From: Octopus bimaculoides
Taxonomy: Eukaryota
Length of the DNA: 64,000 nucleotides
Assembly: GCF_001194135.2 (NCBI RefSeq)
Contig: NC_068986.1
Location: 92,929,713 to 92,993,712, forward strand
Direction: 5' to 3'
The notes under the pieces are model-generated. The model saw nothing but the letters and a program-made list of their open reading frames with translations, did no database searches and had not been told where the DNA came from. This document shows, one piece after another, positions 50,401 to 64,000 of this stretch. The position numbers and the translations under genes were made by a program. Position 1 is the stretch's first letter; each line of letters opens with the position of its first letter.

Positions 50401-51112
50401 GTAAGTGTGTGTGTCTCTTTCTGGTTGCTTGACCTGCTTGAAAATGCAACCAAATCTCCATTAAATCATACTCTTAAACAAAAAAAAAAGTATGTTAGAT
50501 GATGTTCCTTGATGGATGAGATGGTCATTGTTGGAATATCTATGATCATCGGTATGCTGTGTTAGGGCTGGCCTGAGGCTAAATAATGGCAAATAATTAT
50601 GTATAACGAGAGAAAGATATTGTTTGGGTTTAGCTCCATTTAACCCTTAACATCCACAGTTTATTAATTTGTTCTTAATTTCCGATATTTACAACTAATG
50701 GGAAGGTTGAGTCAACTAAGGAGGCACTACCAAGTCACACAAACTGCTAGAAATAGTGGCTAAACCTCTCTCTCTCTCTCTCTGTGCCTTCCATGCATAT
50801 TGTGCATATACATATTTTTCTATCCTGAAAGATAATTGCGTTTATACCAAAAGAAGTCTCTAAACAATACCAAACACATTTGCACCATCAAAGTAATTTA
50901 TATAGAATAAAAATGGGTCTTCATGACCTTGCACCTTTCAAAACACTTGCCCTGCTCAGTGAACCCTTAAAATACCTCTTCTGTTTATCTGTCTACCCCT
51001 TTCGTGTTCATTCGCTCTTTACCTCATACTCACAAGCCTCTTTATTCTCTCTCCTTATTTTTCATCTACACAATCTCATTCAGACTCCTCTAAACTTACT
51101 CTTTTCCCCCCT

Positions 51113-51345
51113 CTCTCTCTGTGTCTTGCCTCTCTCTCTGTCTTGCCTCTCTCTCTCTGTCTTGCCTCTCTCTCTCTGTCTTGCCTCTCTCTCTCTGTCT
51201 TGCCTCGCTCTCTCTGTCTTGCCTCTCTCTCTCTGTCTTGCCTCTCTCTCTCTTGCCTCTCTCTCTCTCTGTCTTGCCTCTCTCTCTCTCTCTGTCTTGC
51301 CTCTCTCTCTGTCTGTCTTGCCTCTCTCTCTCTCTCTCTGTCTTG

Positions 51346-51379
<34 letters not shown>

Positions 51380-51380
51380 A
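51113..51380 (+). repeat. gtcttgc(ct)n minisatellite
   Basis: About 12 units of gtcttgcc followed by variable (TC)n. Confidence 0.92.
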
Positions 51381-51842
51381 TTTACACACTCCCTCTCTGT
51401 TAAATGCACCTTAGCTTCTTTGTCTCACTGTCTTTGATTCTCTCTAATTTTCTCTCAGTCACCCACTCTCTCTCCTTCTCTATTGCTATCAAGTTTTCTG
51501 TCTGATTCTCTTTTACTTTCCCCTCTCTCCGTCTCTTCTTCCCTCTCCACCCTTCACTCGCTCTCTCACTCACCTCTGCACCCACCATCCTGTTTATAAA
51601 CTCATAAAAGGACCCTGCATAGAAAGACACACAGACATTCTCCACCCAATATCCATAAACGCATTAGATGTACTCATTCAGATATTTTGTGCTATATGCA
51701 CTAACACACATTCACTGATGCATGAAGTGTATCCATGTGTTTGTGTGAACATGAGTATAGGCAGTCCTGTTTGTGCTACGGATTTCGTGTGTTTGTGATG
51801 TGTGTGTGTGTGTGTGTTTGATGTGTGTGTGTGTGACGGTTT

Positions 51843-52075
51843 GTGGCCCAGTGGTTAGGGTGTTGCATTCATGATCACAGGATCATGGTTTTGATATCTG
51901 GACCGGATGGTGCGTTGTGTTCTAGAGCAGAAAACTTCATTGTATGTTGCTCCAGTCCACTCAGCCGTAAATGAGTAATTCAGTGACAGACTGGCATCAT
52001 ATTCAAGGAGAATGTCGTGATGCTGGTCACTTATAAACCATGGAAACTGAGTAACCAGCCCTGTGAGCCCTGGGT
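51843..52075 (+). mobile_element. SINE family D head + tail V
   Basis: gtggcccagtggttagggtgttg...gttgctccagtccactcagcc...gacagactggcatc...ccatggaaactgagtaaccagccc. Confidence 0.75.
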
Positions 52076-52214
52076 TTTGAGAAAATAATGTCCTGTAGTT
52101 GATGTTTCTGCCCCATATGTCTCTCTCTGTTACACTCTAACAATTCATCATCTGACACAAGATCGTCATCTCCAATGCCCCACTTCCCTCTCAAAAATTC
52201 CTTGTCTTGCAAGT

Positions 52215-52415
52215 TACTTTGTGACCCTGCCGTTGCTGGTGCCATGTAAAAAGTACTCAGTCCCCTCTGCTGGGTGGTTGGTGTTATGAAGGGCATCCAA
52301 CCGCAAAATAAATGCCAAAAAAGATGTAGTAGCCTGGTGTAGTCTTCTACCTGGCCAGCACCTCTCAAACCATCCTACCCATGGAAGGTGGACATTAAAT
52401 GATGATGATGATGAT
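52215..52415 (+). mobile_element. Repeat family E, decayed
   Basis: ggttggtgttatgaagggcatccaacc...cccatggaaggtggacattaaatgatgatg. Confidence 0.7.
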
Positions 52416-52719
52416 TGTGTGTGTGTGTGTGATACTTGAATGATCAAGTGGCTAAGCAGTTTGCTTTGCAATCACAAGAACCTGGGTTTGATCCCACGGT
52501 GTAGCATCTTGGGCAAATGTTATCTAGCAAAGCTTTGGATTGAGCAAAACCTTGTGAATGAAATTAGAGAAATGAAAGTTGTGAAAATCTGTGGATGATC
52601 TGTGATTGTAATTCAAAGGGCTAATAGTGTCACATGCTGTGTCGCAATAATTCTTCTCAAGGATTTCCTGAAGAGTGTAAATAGATGTTTGTGGAATACT
52701 TTGACGGTTGTCTTTTATA

Positions 52720-53135
52720 TTTTACTCGTTTCAGTCATTAGACTGCTGCCATGCTGGGGCACTGCTTTGGCAGGTTTATTCAAGCAAATTGGTCCCACCA
52801 TTTATTTTTTAAAATCTGACACTTATTCTATCAGTTTATTTTGCCAGACTGCTAAGTTACATGGGTGTCAAAAAAACCATCTTTGGTTGTTGGGTAGTGG
52901 TGGGGGACAAGTACAAAGACAAACACACACACACACACACATGCACATATTTACACACACACATTCATACATGCAGATACACACTCATACATATGTACAC
53001 TCATACACAATGGGATCCCACACTGTTCCATCTACCAAATTCACTCACAAGGTTGGCCTGGAGTTGTAGTAGGAGACAGCTATTCAAGGTGCTGTACTGT
53101 GGGTCTGAACCAAAAGCTACAGCATTGTAAAGCAT
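52720..53135 (-). mobile_element. SINE family A head + tail 1, decayed
   Basis: Homologous to 42615-42982. Confidence 0.75.
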
Positions 53136-53270
53136 GCTTCTTATTAGTAATTCTCAGAATAGGCAGTTCTCTTCATTGGAAAACTGCAATACTCAATGTT
53201 GAAACTGATGGAGGATCCATTTACTTAGTATATGCAAGTGTGTAAGAGTGCATTTTATGTTCCATTTTTA

Positions 53271-53274
<4 letters not shown>

Positions 53275-53304
<30 letters not shown>

Positions 53305-53601
53305 GTTTAACGTCCGCTTTCCATGTTAGCATGGGTTGGACGATTTGGCTGAGGACTGGTGAAACCAGATGGCTACACCAGGCTCCAATCTGATTTGGCA
53401 GAGTTTCTACAGCTGGATGCCCTTCCTGACGCCAACCACTCCGAGAGTGTAGTGGGTGCTTTTACGTGCCACCGACACGAAAGCCAGTCAGGCGGTACTG
53501 GCAACGGCTGCACTCAAAATGGTGTATTTTATGTGCCACCCGCACAAGAGCCAGTCATGGGGCACTGGCAACGATCTCGCTTGAAAGTCCTTACACATGC
53601 C
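53275..53601 (-). mobile_element. Repeat family E, runs into a gap
   Basis: (cat)n-cgtttaacgtccgctttccatgttagcatggg...ctggatgcccttcctgacgcc. Confidence 0.88.
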
Positions 53602-54019
53602 NNNNNNNNNNNNNNNNNNNNNNNNNNNNNNNNNNNNNNNNNNNNNNNNNNNNNNNNNNNNNNNNNNNNNNNNNNNNNNNNNNNNNNNNNNNNNNNNNNN
53701 NNNNNNNNNNNNNNNNNNNNNNNNNNNNNNNNNNNNNNNNNNNNNNNNNNNNNNNNNNNNNNNNNNNNNNNNNNNNNNNNNNNNNNNNNNNNNNNNNNNN
53801 NNNNNNNNNNNNNNNNNNNNNNNNNNNNNNNNNNNNNNNNNNNNNNNNNNNNNNNNNNNNNNNNNNNNNNNNNNNNNNNNNNNNNNNNNNNNNNNNNNNN
53901 NNNNNNNNNNNNNNNNNNNNNNNNNNNNNNNNNNNNNNNNNNNNNNNNNNNNNNNNNNNNNNNNNNNNNNNNNNNNNNNNNNTACCTCAATGATTTTTTT
54001 TTCATGAAAAAAAATCATT

Positions 54020-54250
54020 GAGGTATGGTTGGTGTGTATATGTTTGTGTCTCTGTGTTTGTCCTCCCAACATCGCTTGACAACCGATGCTGGTGTGTTTA
54101 CGTCCCCGTAACTTAACGGTTCGGCAAAATAGACCGATAGAATAAGTACTAGGCTTCCAAATAATAAGTCCTGGGGTCGATTTGCTCAACTAAAGGCAGT
54201 GCTCCAGCATGGCCACAGTCAAATGACTGAAACAAGTAAAAGAGTAAACA
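54020..54250 (+). mobile_element. SINE tail 1
   Basis: catcgcttgacaaccgatgctggtgtgtttacgtcccc...gaaacaagtaaaagagtaaa. Confidence 0.88.
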
Positions 54251-54779
54251 AGAAAAGAGAATGTAGTTATTCACACACACACACACACACACACTCACAC
54301 ACATGTATATGTCTGTGTATCTGTCTGTTTATCTGTATATGTGTGTGTGTTTATACGATGAACTTTGTACAGCTTCCATCTGCTAGATTCACTCACAAGG
54401 CATACATGCATGGGTGTTTGTGTGCGTGCGTGCTGAGTTCATTTTGCAGTTAATATTCACAGTTTTTATGCTTATGAAAACATCCTTGTCCAAAAGGACG
54501 GAATCAGAATGAACAAAGGAGCCATGAAATAGTGAGAAAACATCATAAAAAGTTATGGAAATGGAAACTACTGTGTGTATTAAAGGAATAATTTACAAAA
54601 AAATATTATAGAAAATGCACTTTTATGGTATAATGACAAATTTCAATGTGCAATGCTTATTGACAGCTTCCATAAATGAACTAACCTATAAATTCAGGAA
54701 AGCATTAAGCAAAGTAAAACTTCAAATTACAGTATTTGAAAAGCTAAGTAGGTCCATTAAATTACAGATAATTATGATA

Positions 54780-55000
54780 TATCCTTTCCATAAAGGCCAT
54801 GTATGCCAACAGCAGTTGCATAATATGCAAAATGAATCCAAAGATAAACTGTAAAACCAGAAATGTTATGCACCCTATGAAATGTATGGAAAGCAAATGC
54901 AGGAGCAGTACCTCAACTCATATGGGAGAAGCTGTCCATAGCATAGCAGAAAGAATAGATGATTACTAGTGTGAGTATAAAGAAAAGAAACCAACAATGG
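54780..55000 (+). mobile_element. GIY-YIG endonuclease-like remnant, probably Penelope-like
   Basis: From 54841 KINCKTRNVMHPMKCMESKCRSSTSTHMGEAVHSIAERIDDY* resembles the PLE motif NC.T.NVIY...C..C....YIGET...L..R..EH. Confidence 0.5.
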
Positions 55001-55201
55001 TACCCTTCTAACATGCAAATGTGAAAATTAACAGCTTGGAATACAGCAGTGAAGTAAAAATTCTAACAGTGCATTCACATGATCACACATTTTGGAAAAT
55101 AGAGGGAACAATACACATATGAGAGATGGAGAATGTACTTCACAGAATGTATGTCAAAACTAACAACCACCACAATATTTTATACACACACACACATGCA
55201 T

Positions 55202-55232
<31 letters not shown>

Positions 55233-55242
55233 TCTATCTATC

Positions 55243-55274
<32 letters not shown>

Positions 55275-55326
55275 CCTACTAATAATGGAATAGTGCACTA
55301 TAGACACATGCATATGCATGTATAAA

Positions 55327-55366
<40 letters not shown>

Positions 55367-56164
55367 AAAATGAATATATTGTATTGTCTTCTTGATTTTT
55401 ATTGTGAACCATATATATGCATAAATATACATGTGTATATTTATTTATATATACACACATATATTTAAATACATGCTTATATATGGTTCATGATACAAAC
55501 TTTAGAAGACTACATAAAAAAATACTGTACAGTACAATAGATAATTATATGCATATAATACCTTACATTTTTATGATTGTTTCAAGGCATCAGTATGTAT
55601 ATGTGTGCGTATGTGTATACATGAATGTGTAGTCTATATATATACACACACACACACATGCATAAACAGCTATAGATGCACATACAAATATGTAAATACA
55701 CAAACATTTATGCGTACCTACATATAAAGATGCATACACACACATGTATATTTAAATAAGCATATACACAGTCATGCATGCATACAAACACATTCACATG
55801 CACATGTACATATTCACACACAGACGCACATACACATGCATGCCTGCACTTACATTCAAATATATGATGGAATCTTGATGTGGCTGGCTTCTTTTTACTT
55901 TGTCATGGACTGTGTGAATGTGAACAAAACATTTTTGAATGTTACAAATCGAAATTGATCTGCCTTCACATACCCACACACCACTCTCCCCCTAGAGATA
56001 TGCATACATGCTCATATATAGAGAAGTATACTCCCATGCAGACGTATGCACTGCTATTCATAGATGCAAACACATACTTACATGACTGTTGCACACACGC
56101 AGACACATATACACTGTTATTCAGAGATGCAAGCATGTACACACAAGCACGTACACACAGCATG

Positions 56165-56765
56165 TAGATACACAAGCACGTAGACACAGAAGCCCGTAGA
56201 CACACAAGCCTGTAGACACACAAGCTCGTACGCACACTAGCCCGTATGCACACTAACCTGTACGCATACTAGCCCTTACAGACACTAGCCCATACGGACA
56301 CTAGCCTGTACGGACACAGGCCCGTATGCAAACACAAGCCCGTACGCAAACACAAGCCCGTACGCAAACACAAACCCATACACACACACAAGCCCGTACG
56401 CACACACAAGCCTGTATGCACACACAAGCCCGTACGCACACACAAACCTGTACGCACGCATAAAACTGTATGCACGCACACACACAAGCCTGTATATACA
56501 CACACATAAGCCTGTATACATGCACACACAAACCCATATACACATACACACACACAAGCCTGTACACATACACACAAGCCTCTACACACACACCCACAAT
56601 CCGTACACACACACACAGCCCGTACACACATGCATCCAGAAGCCCATTCACACACACACAAGCCTGTACACACACACAAGCCCCTACACACACAGAAGCC
56701 CCTACACACACAAGCCCCTATACACACACACACAAGCCTGTACACACACACAAGCTCGCGCATGC
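56165..56765 (+). repeat. 16-18 bp minisatellite (cacacaagcccgtacgca-like)
   Basis: More than 30 diverged units; source of the HT/VC-rich ORFs. Confidence 0.9.
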
Positions 56766-57700
56766 ACAAACACACATGTGCACATGCACATATGCACACA
56801 CGCACTCAAATGCACACACATGCACAAACACATGCACATACACACACACATACAGAATGATACTTTCCTTTTTTCACTGTACATATATATATATATATAC
56901 ACACATATATGCAGCCATGTTTAAGCAACACATGCAGGCACAGCCTATGTTGTACGGAAGCCGGTTGTTACATAAACATAGACACACACACATGCACATA
57001 CAATGCATATATACATGCACGTGCATGCACACACACAGACAATGGGGTGCATGATGTCTGTGTGTGTTGTGGTGGTAGTGTTGGGGATAGCGGTGTTAGA
57101 CTGTGGGTGAATTAGGCTTATAATGGATTCGACGACTGTTTGGTCACTAAAATATCTTTGCAGTTAGCACTGTGTCACACCTACTACTACTACTACTACT
57201 ACTACTTACTACTACTTACTACTACAACCACTACCTCCATGATCACTGCTGTTACTACAATTCCTTCTCCTACTATTACTGTTATGACCCCCACCATCGC
57301 CACCACTGATAGTTCTACTACTACTGCTGCTGCTGCTGCTTTTGAGCTACCATATGAGCTGCTATGTCATGTATCGATGTGCTGGAAATGGCAGCTAGGG
57401 CACTTGTTATTCATGGTCGTTAGTTCTAAATGGAAGGACACTTTGTGCAATGAACTTGCGGGCTTTCGCTGTGTCCAGGAGAATGATGGGACTGCCACAC
57501 CCACCAGAGTGTTTTGAACCACGTCTGCCTGACCAGGACTGATCTGGTGCTAACCAATAACAGCATCAACCATCACCACCACCACCACCACTACTACTAC
57601 AGCTTCTACTGTTGCATATTGCTGCACCTTCTGCTTCTTGTTACTTCTGCTACTGTTGCCTTACAACCACTATTGCTGCTTCTGTTACTAGTACTACTAG

Positions 57701-57756
<56 letters not shown>

Positions 57757-58201
57757 GTCAATGAAGGGATCTCTACAGGGGTTACTCAACTCACTAGAAT
57801 TAGCTATCGAATATCCCTCGAATCAAACCCTAAGTTCTTTAAAATGGTAGGACCTGTTAGATAATACAGTCGTAGATACAACCATCATCATCATCATCAT
57901 CATCATCATCATAATTGTCATAATCCTCATCATTCATTGTCAGCATCATCATCAGCTGTCTGGGTTTTTTGTTGTTTTTTTTTTTTTTGTCCATACATGC
58001 AAGGGTTTGATGGGTCTTCTTCGGCATAGCATCTCTCGTTATTTGCTGCAGTTTTTAGTTGTCACCTTGGTGACGAGAGAGTCTGTTTGAGATAAGCTTT
58101 CACCAGATATTCCTTGCTTTCGTTCTTCATTATGTTTCATCCGCTTGGCGCTTCTTTACTCAACTATCATTCTTCATACACATCACATGTCCTGTATGAG
58201 C

Positions 58202-58235
<34 letters not shown>

Positions 58236-58519
58236 AATATTATATCTGACCCTTGTTATTCCATGTTTTTGCCTCGGTTCATTTGTGCTCTGTCTTTCAC
58301 ATTATGCATCCAGCAGAGCAGAACAGACTTGTATCATCTTTTTTTTCTTTTTTTTTTTTCACATGTTCACATTTTCTACATATTATAAGCATTAACATGG
58401 CTGAGTGATTAAGAATCTCACTCTGTATCTTAGACAAATGTCTTCTGCTATAGCCCTGGGCTAACCAGTGCCTTGTGAGTGAAGTTGTTAGATGGAAACT
58501 CTGTGTGTGTGTGTGTGTG

Positions 58520-59184
58520 TGTGTAGGTGGTGGTGGTTGTGTGTGTGTGTGTGTACTTTTGAGTTGGTCACTCCCTCCCCTACTACCTGATGACCATTGT
58601 TGGTTTGTTTATATTCTCATAACTTCTGGGAATCGAAACCGCGATCCTCCGACTGCAAGTCCGCTGCCTTAACCACTGGGCCATTGCGCCTCCAGAGTTA
58701 GCAAAAGTGACTGATAAATGAAGTACAGACTTTAAACACTAAACAAACACANNNNNNNNNNNNNNNNNNNNNNNNNNNNNNNNNNNNNNNNNNNNNNNNN
58801 NNNNNNNNNNNNNNNNNNNNNNNNNNNNNNNNNNNNNNNNNNNNNNNNNNNNNNNNNNNNNNNNNNNNNNNNNNNNNNNNNNNNNNNNNNNGTGTGTAGG
58901 TGGTGGTGGTGGTTGTGTGTGTGTGTGTAGGTGGTGGTGGTGGTTGTGTGTGTGTGTAGGTGGTGGTGGTTGTGTGTGTGTGTGTGTACTTTTGAGTTGG
59001 TCACTCCCTCCCCTACTACCTGATGACCATTGTTGGTTTGTTTATATTCTCATAACTTCTGGGAATCGAAACCGCGATCCTCCGACTGCAAGTCCGCTGC
59101 CTTAACCACTGGGCCATTGCGCCTCCAGAGTTAGCAAAAGTGACTGATAAATGAAGTACAGACTTTAAACACTAAACAAACACA
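58520..59184. repeat. Identical ~230-bp blocks on both sides of an N-gap (probable assembly overlap), each holding a SINE B 5' fragment
   Basis: 58520-58751 reads the same as 58953-59184. Confidence 0.85.
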
Positions 59185-59710
59185 TAAAGTCCTGGGGTTG
59201 ATTTGTTTAACTAAACCCTTTAAGTCAGTGGTCCAGCATGGCTGCAATCCAATGACTGAAACAAGTAAAAAATAAAAGACCTTCTGCGTTCAATTTTGAA
59301 ATTAAAGAATGAAAGACAAAAACAGAAACCACTGGTTAGTCATGGCTGGAATACTTTTGATCATAGCTCTATTCAGTCAGAGCTGAGCTGCGGCTAAACA
59401 ACAGCTATAACAGGATCCTTTCTTTTCAAAGATGGATGATGATATGCAAAAATACAAGGGATGATGATTCAGGTGTAAAAATTTAAACTGGGAGGATGCA
59501 TAAGGCTATGATAGACTCGGTTTCCCCATGAATTCAATGTAAAGTAACTCAACATTGGCTGTATCCCCTACCCAATCAACATCAAGTCCTCTCAGCTCTT
59601 CACCTCTCCAGCCTAAATAGCCTTAAAAGAGCTACAGGTTGAATCCGTCCACTTCTTGTCTTCTTCAGAGTTCTTTTTAAAATTTATTTATGCACCCTTT
59701 TAAAGCCTAA

Positions 59711-59993
59711 CCAGGCTCACGGGCCTGGTTTCCTGGTTTCTGTGGCGTATGTGTTCCCCCCAGTTGGACGGGATGCCAGTCCATCACAGCGTTACTCAAG
59801 AAACAGGAAGAAAGAGTGAGAGAAAGTTGGGGCGAAAGAGAACAACAGGAGTTGCCACCACCCCCTGCCAGAGCCTTGTGAAATTTTAGGTGTTTTCGCT
59901 CAATAAACACACACAACGCCAGGTCTGGGAATCGAAACCGCAATCTTCTGACTGCGAGTCCGCTGCCCTAACCACTGGGCCATTGCGCCTCCA
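59711..59993 (-). mobile_element. SINE family B head + tail V
   Basis: Reverse complement tggaggcgcaatggcccagtggttagggcagcggactcgcag...ggtttcgattccc, then ...gtgatggactggcatcccgtccaac...gaaaccaggaaaccaggccc. Confidence 0.88.
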
Positions 59994-60649
59994 GGAGTTA
60001 CTTCTTCAGAGTGACTAATATATAAATTTTGATTTCTAACATTGGCACAAAATTACAGAGAACCTATAAGTTGATCATATTGACTCCAGTTCATAACTGG
60101 TATTTACATTTAATCAACCTTGAAAGGATGATATGGGATGAAATGCTAAAATGGTTTCAATGGAATTTGAACTCAGAGCATAAAAAGCTGTTATTTGTTA
60201 CATGGCATTTTGTCTGATACTCTGACAATTCTGGCAATGGAAATATTTAGATAGGTTCCCAAAAGACCTGGCACTAATTCCCAACAGTTTGATACGCTAT
60301 GAAATGTAAAAACAAAATGTTCTCCTCTAAATATACAATGAAATATTTCCAAGAGCCGTTTTTTGAACTGCATATTTAAAAGCTGGTTGCTGATGAGTTC
60401 CTTCTTCCTTAAGACGATGATCATGATGACCAGTTAACATCATTATCATCATCATTACTTAATGTCCTTTTTCCATGCTGGCATGGTTTGAACACTTGTT
60501 ATAATTATTGATTGTCTAAGTGGTTACTGTTGTTGTTTAATGTAAGTTATCTCAGATCAAGCAGACCTATAGTTAAATTATTCAGCCATGACCATCGCAT
60601 TTAATGGTATATCTAAGACCATGTTATCTACTGTGTCCTTATCTATATA

Positions 60650-61032
60650 TATATTCTTTTACTTGTTTCAGTCATTTGATTGTGGCTATGCTGGAGCAGT
60701 GCCTTAAAGGGCTTTAGTCAAAGAAATCGAGCCCAGGACTTATTCTTTGTAAGCCTAGTACTTATTCTATCAATCTCTTTTGTCGAACCGCTAAGTTACA
60801 GGGACATAAACCAATCTGGTTGTCAATCGGTGAGAGGGACTAACACAAAGACATCCCCCATCCACACTCTATATAAATGACAAGCTTCTACATGGTTTCC
60901 TTCTACTAGATTCACTCACAAGGCATTGGTCAACCCAGGGCTACACCAAATCATACTTGCTTAAGGTGCTGCATAGTGGGATCGAACCTGAAACCATGTG
61001 ATTGCAAAGCAAGCTTGTAAGTCACACAGCCA
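60650..61032 (-). mobile_element. SINE family A head + tail 1
   Basis: Homologous to 42615-42982. Confidence 0.85.
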
Positions 61033-61390
61033 TATTGTGCACTCTGCGATAACGTCATCTATTATATTGGCTACAGTCTCATAGTCTGAACATGTGGGTT
61101 TTTTTTTCACTGTTCAGTCTCTTCCTGTAAGTTCTGGTCATAGTGGCTACAATGGAGACTACCAAGGTTGACTTGGGTTGTAAGCATCTTCATTGATTAC
61201 TGTAGTAATTAGAGATCAAAGCATTGCTAGCTGGTAATCATCATGATTGTTGTCATTATCCTTGTGGAGTCGGAGAACTAAGAGAGTGAAGACCTTACCA
61301 TCGTTAAACATCTGTGACGTACACCCCTGACACCCTGTTCAGTGTTTAAGACTAATGAGGTTACGGATATGGCTGACTTTGTGCGTGCGT

Positions 61391-61426
<36 letters not shown>

Positions 61427-62409
61427 ATTCAATGTTTGTCTGGAATCTGGATGAGAGTTATAGCGTTGTTTAGCCTGTATTGTAAATAGATTTATGGCAT
61501 ATCATAGTAATATTCACAGGTATTATAGATGTGTCTTTGTATTTGGAGGTTGTTGTGCATTTAAAGATAGGGACTGTGGAGACTGAAGTATGTTGTGGCA
61601 AATATTGTCCCCTGCATGTCTAAGAAGGTCTTTATTTCATTTGTAATATTTTTCTGACATTGTGTTGGGAATCTATTGGTGTGATCTGTGTATAGTCATA
61701 AGCATTCACCCGTGAGTTTTACCACAGTATGTGGTGTGTGTTACAGTTTTTTCCCAGTTTTCATAGCATTTGACTTGCTGACAATCATGTCTTCTTCATC
61801 TTTCATCTTTTGGATGGTAATTCTAGTCCATTGCTAATTTGGTCTAAAAGATAATTTGATCTTGGTCACTGCTGGTTGCTGAGATGCTTGTTGGCATTGC
61901 AGCACTTCAGCTTTCCTGAAGTGCTACACCATTTCATTGAATATATTTATGTTTTTAGGTGACTGGGTTATTTATCTTTATCTCCAAAATCTGTGGCCTT
62001 GTGCCAAAATGCAAAGTAATAATGATTTCTATCATTGACGCAAGACCATAATTTTTTTGGAGTGGTGGGTATTATTGATTAAATTGAATCTAATACTTGA
62101 CTATACTTATGTTATTGATACTTGGAGGCTGAAAGGAAAAGGTATCTTTGACAGGATGCCATAAAGAATTTTGTCTGGCATTTTATTGATTCTGTCATCT
62201 GCAACCCTAACAATAATAATGGTGTCTAACAAAAGACAGTGAGACCATCCAGTTTTGTTGAAGGTGTAGTCAATCAAATTGACCCTAGTACTTGACATAT
62301 ACTTCTGAGGCAAAGTCCATCTTGTCTGGATTTGAACTCCAAACATAAAGTGACATAATTAAATATCATTAAAAAATTTGTCCAGTGCTCTACTGATTCA
62401 GCCATTCCA

Positions 62410-63464
62410 TCAGTTTAATACTAATAATAATGGTTTCAAATTGTGGCACAAAACTGGAAATTTCACGAGAGAGGTAAGTTGATTGCATCAACCCCTTTGC
62501 TTAATTGGTACTTATTTTATTGACCCTGAAAAGATGAAAGGCAAAGTTGGCTTCAGTGGAATTTGAACTCAGAATGTAAAGCTCAATGAAATGCTGCTAA
62601 GCATTTTACCTGGTGTGTTAACAACTTAATGATAACTAGCAATGCACCCCAGCATTGCCTGGGGCGAAAGAGTACCACAGGGCCCCCCCCCCCCCTGCCG
62701 GAGCCTCGTGGAGCTTTAGGCATTTTCGCTCAATAAACACACACAACGCTCGGTCTGGGAATTGAAACCGTGATCCTCCGACCGCGAGTCTGCTGCCCTA
62801 ACCACTAGGCCATTGTGTCTCCAATCCCAATACTTAACTAGTACTTATTTTATCGACTTAGAAACGATGAAAGGCAAATCGACCTTGGTGAAATTTCAAC
62901 TCAGAATGCAAGGACATGAAATTCCACAAAGCATTTTGTCTGTGTGCTAATGATTCTTCTAGCTCACTACCTTAAATAATAATGATAATATTCCTTTCTA
63001 TTGGAAGCACAAGGCCTTAAATTTGAAGGAAGGGATTAAGTTGATTACATTGACCCCAATGCATAACTGGTACTTATTTAATCGACTCTGAAAGGATGAA
63101 AGGCAAAGTTAACTTCGGCAGAATTTGAACTCAAAATTTGAACACAAGGGCAGTGAGCTGGCAGAAATGTTAGCACGCTGGGCAAAATGCTTAGCGGTAC
63201 TTCGCCTGCTGTTATGTTTTGTGTTCAAATTCCGCCAAGGTCAACTTTGCCTTTCATCCTTTCGGGGTCGATAAATTAAGTACCAGTTGCGCACTGGGGT
63301 AGATGTAATCGACTTAATCCCTTTCTCTGTCCTTGTTTGTCCCCTCTATGTTTAGCCCCTTGTGGGCAATAAAGAAATAAGAATTTGAACTGAGAGAGTA
63401 GTGACAGATGAAACACTGCCAAGTATTTTGCCTGGCGTGCTAACGATTCTGCCAGCTTGCCACC

Positions 63465-63532
<68 letters not shown>

Positions 63533-63750
63533 TTTAAATTTTAGCACAAGGCCAGTAATTTTGAGAGAGGGGGTAAGGGTAAGTTGATTATATCCCAGTA
63601 TTGAGCTGGTACTTGTCTTATTGACCCCAGAAAAATGAAAGGCAAAGTCAACTTCAGTGGAATTTGAACTTAGAACATAAAGACAGATGAAATGCTGTTA
63701 AGCATGTTTGCCTGGCATGCTAATGATTCTGCCAGCTCGTCACCTTAATA
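62410..63750 (-). mobile_element. Cluster of four SINE family C copies (-), with a family B 5' fragment (62685-62822, -) and a nested plus-strand C copy
   Basis: Copies at about 62410-62630, 62825-62985, 63000-63470 (interrupted) and 63540-63750, separated by (TAA)n. Confidence 0.85.
63145..63385 (+). mobile_element. Nested SINE family C copy with an alternative tail
   Basis: Interrupts the minus-strand C copy; flanked by aatttgaac on both sides; tail ...cccctctatgtttagccccttgtgggcaataaagaaataag. Confidence 0.8.
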
Positions 63751-63773
63751 ATAATAATAATAATAATAACAAC

Positions 63774-63805
<32 letters not shown>

Positions 63806-64000
63806 TCATCATCATCATCATCCGAGTAAGTAATACTCATTGAAATTTATCTCTATTTTTACAAATATAATGATGTATTTTAACTTGATACCTCCACTAC
63901 CCGCACAGCGATCGTAAACACACGTGTTACATCAAAATCAGACCATCTTCGAACCCCAAAACACCATGTACAAAAAAATTACAAACATATTAAATAACAC

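Noticed and set aside
58520-59184. Apparent 230-bp tandem duplication
   Set aside because: Identical copies flank an N-gap; most likely a scaffolding artefact.
61430-61900. Possible LINE-like remnant (NEIKTFLD...)
   Set aside because: Similarity too weak to assign by eye.

Overview
AT-rich animal genomic DNA, very rich in microsatellites, with 12 N-gaps. The repeat content looks like an octopus scaffold (inference from recalled repeat families, not a database search). No host protein-coding gene can be firmly supported: the long ORFs in the track are translations of (TA)n/(CA)n/(TCTA)n arrays, N-gaps or decayed transposons. The window is mostly (i) several modular tRNA-derived SINE families, labelled A-E here, (ii) decayed RTE and CR1/L2-type LINE fragments, (iii) Penelope-like (PLE) ORF remnants and foldback structures, and (iv) small DNA-transposon MITEs. 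The best hunt result is a set of minimal type I hammerhead ribozyme (HHR) motifs. Their catalytic core covaries at the 3-8 base pair (C3:G8, G3:C8 and U3:A8 all occur), and two lie in tandem at 27206-27439, where they could excise a ~188-nt RNA. Three weak exon-like segments (9747-9838, ~29560-29775, 50288-50400) are low-confidence candidates. Repeat boundaries were read by eye and are approximate unless a TSD is quoted.
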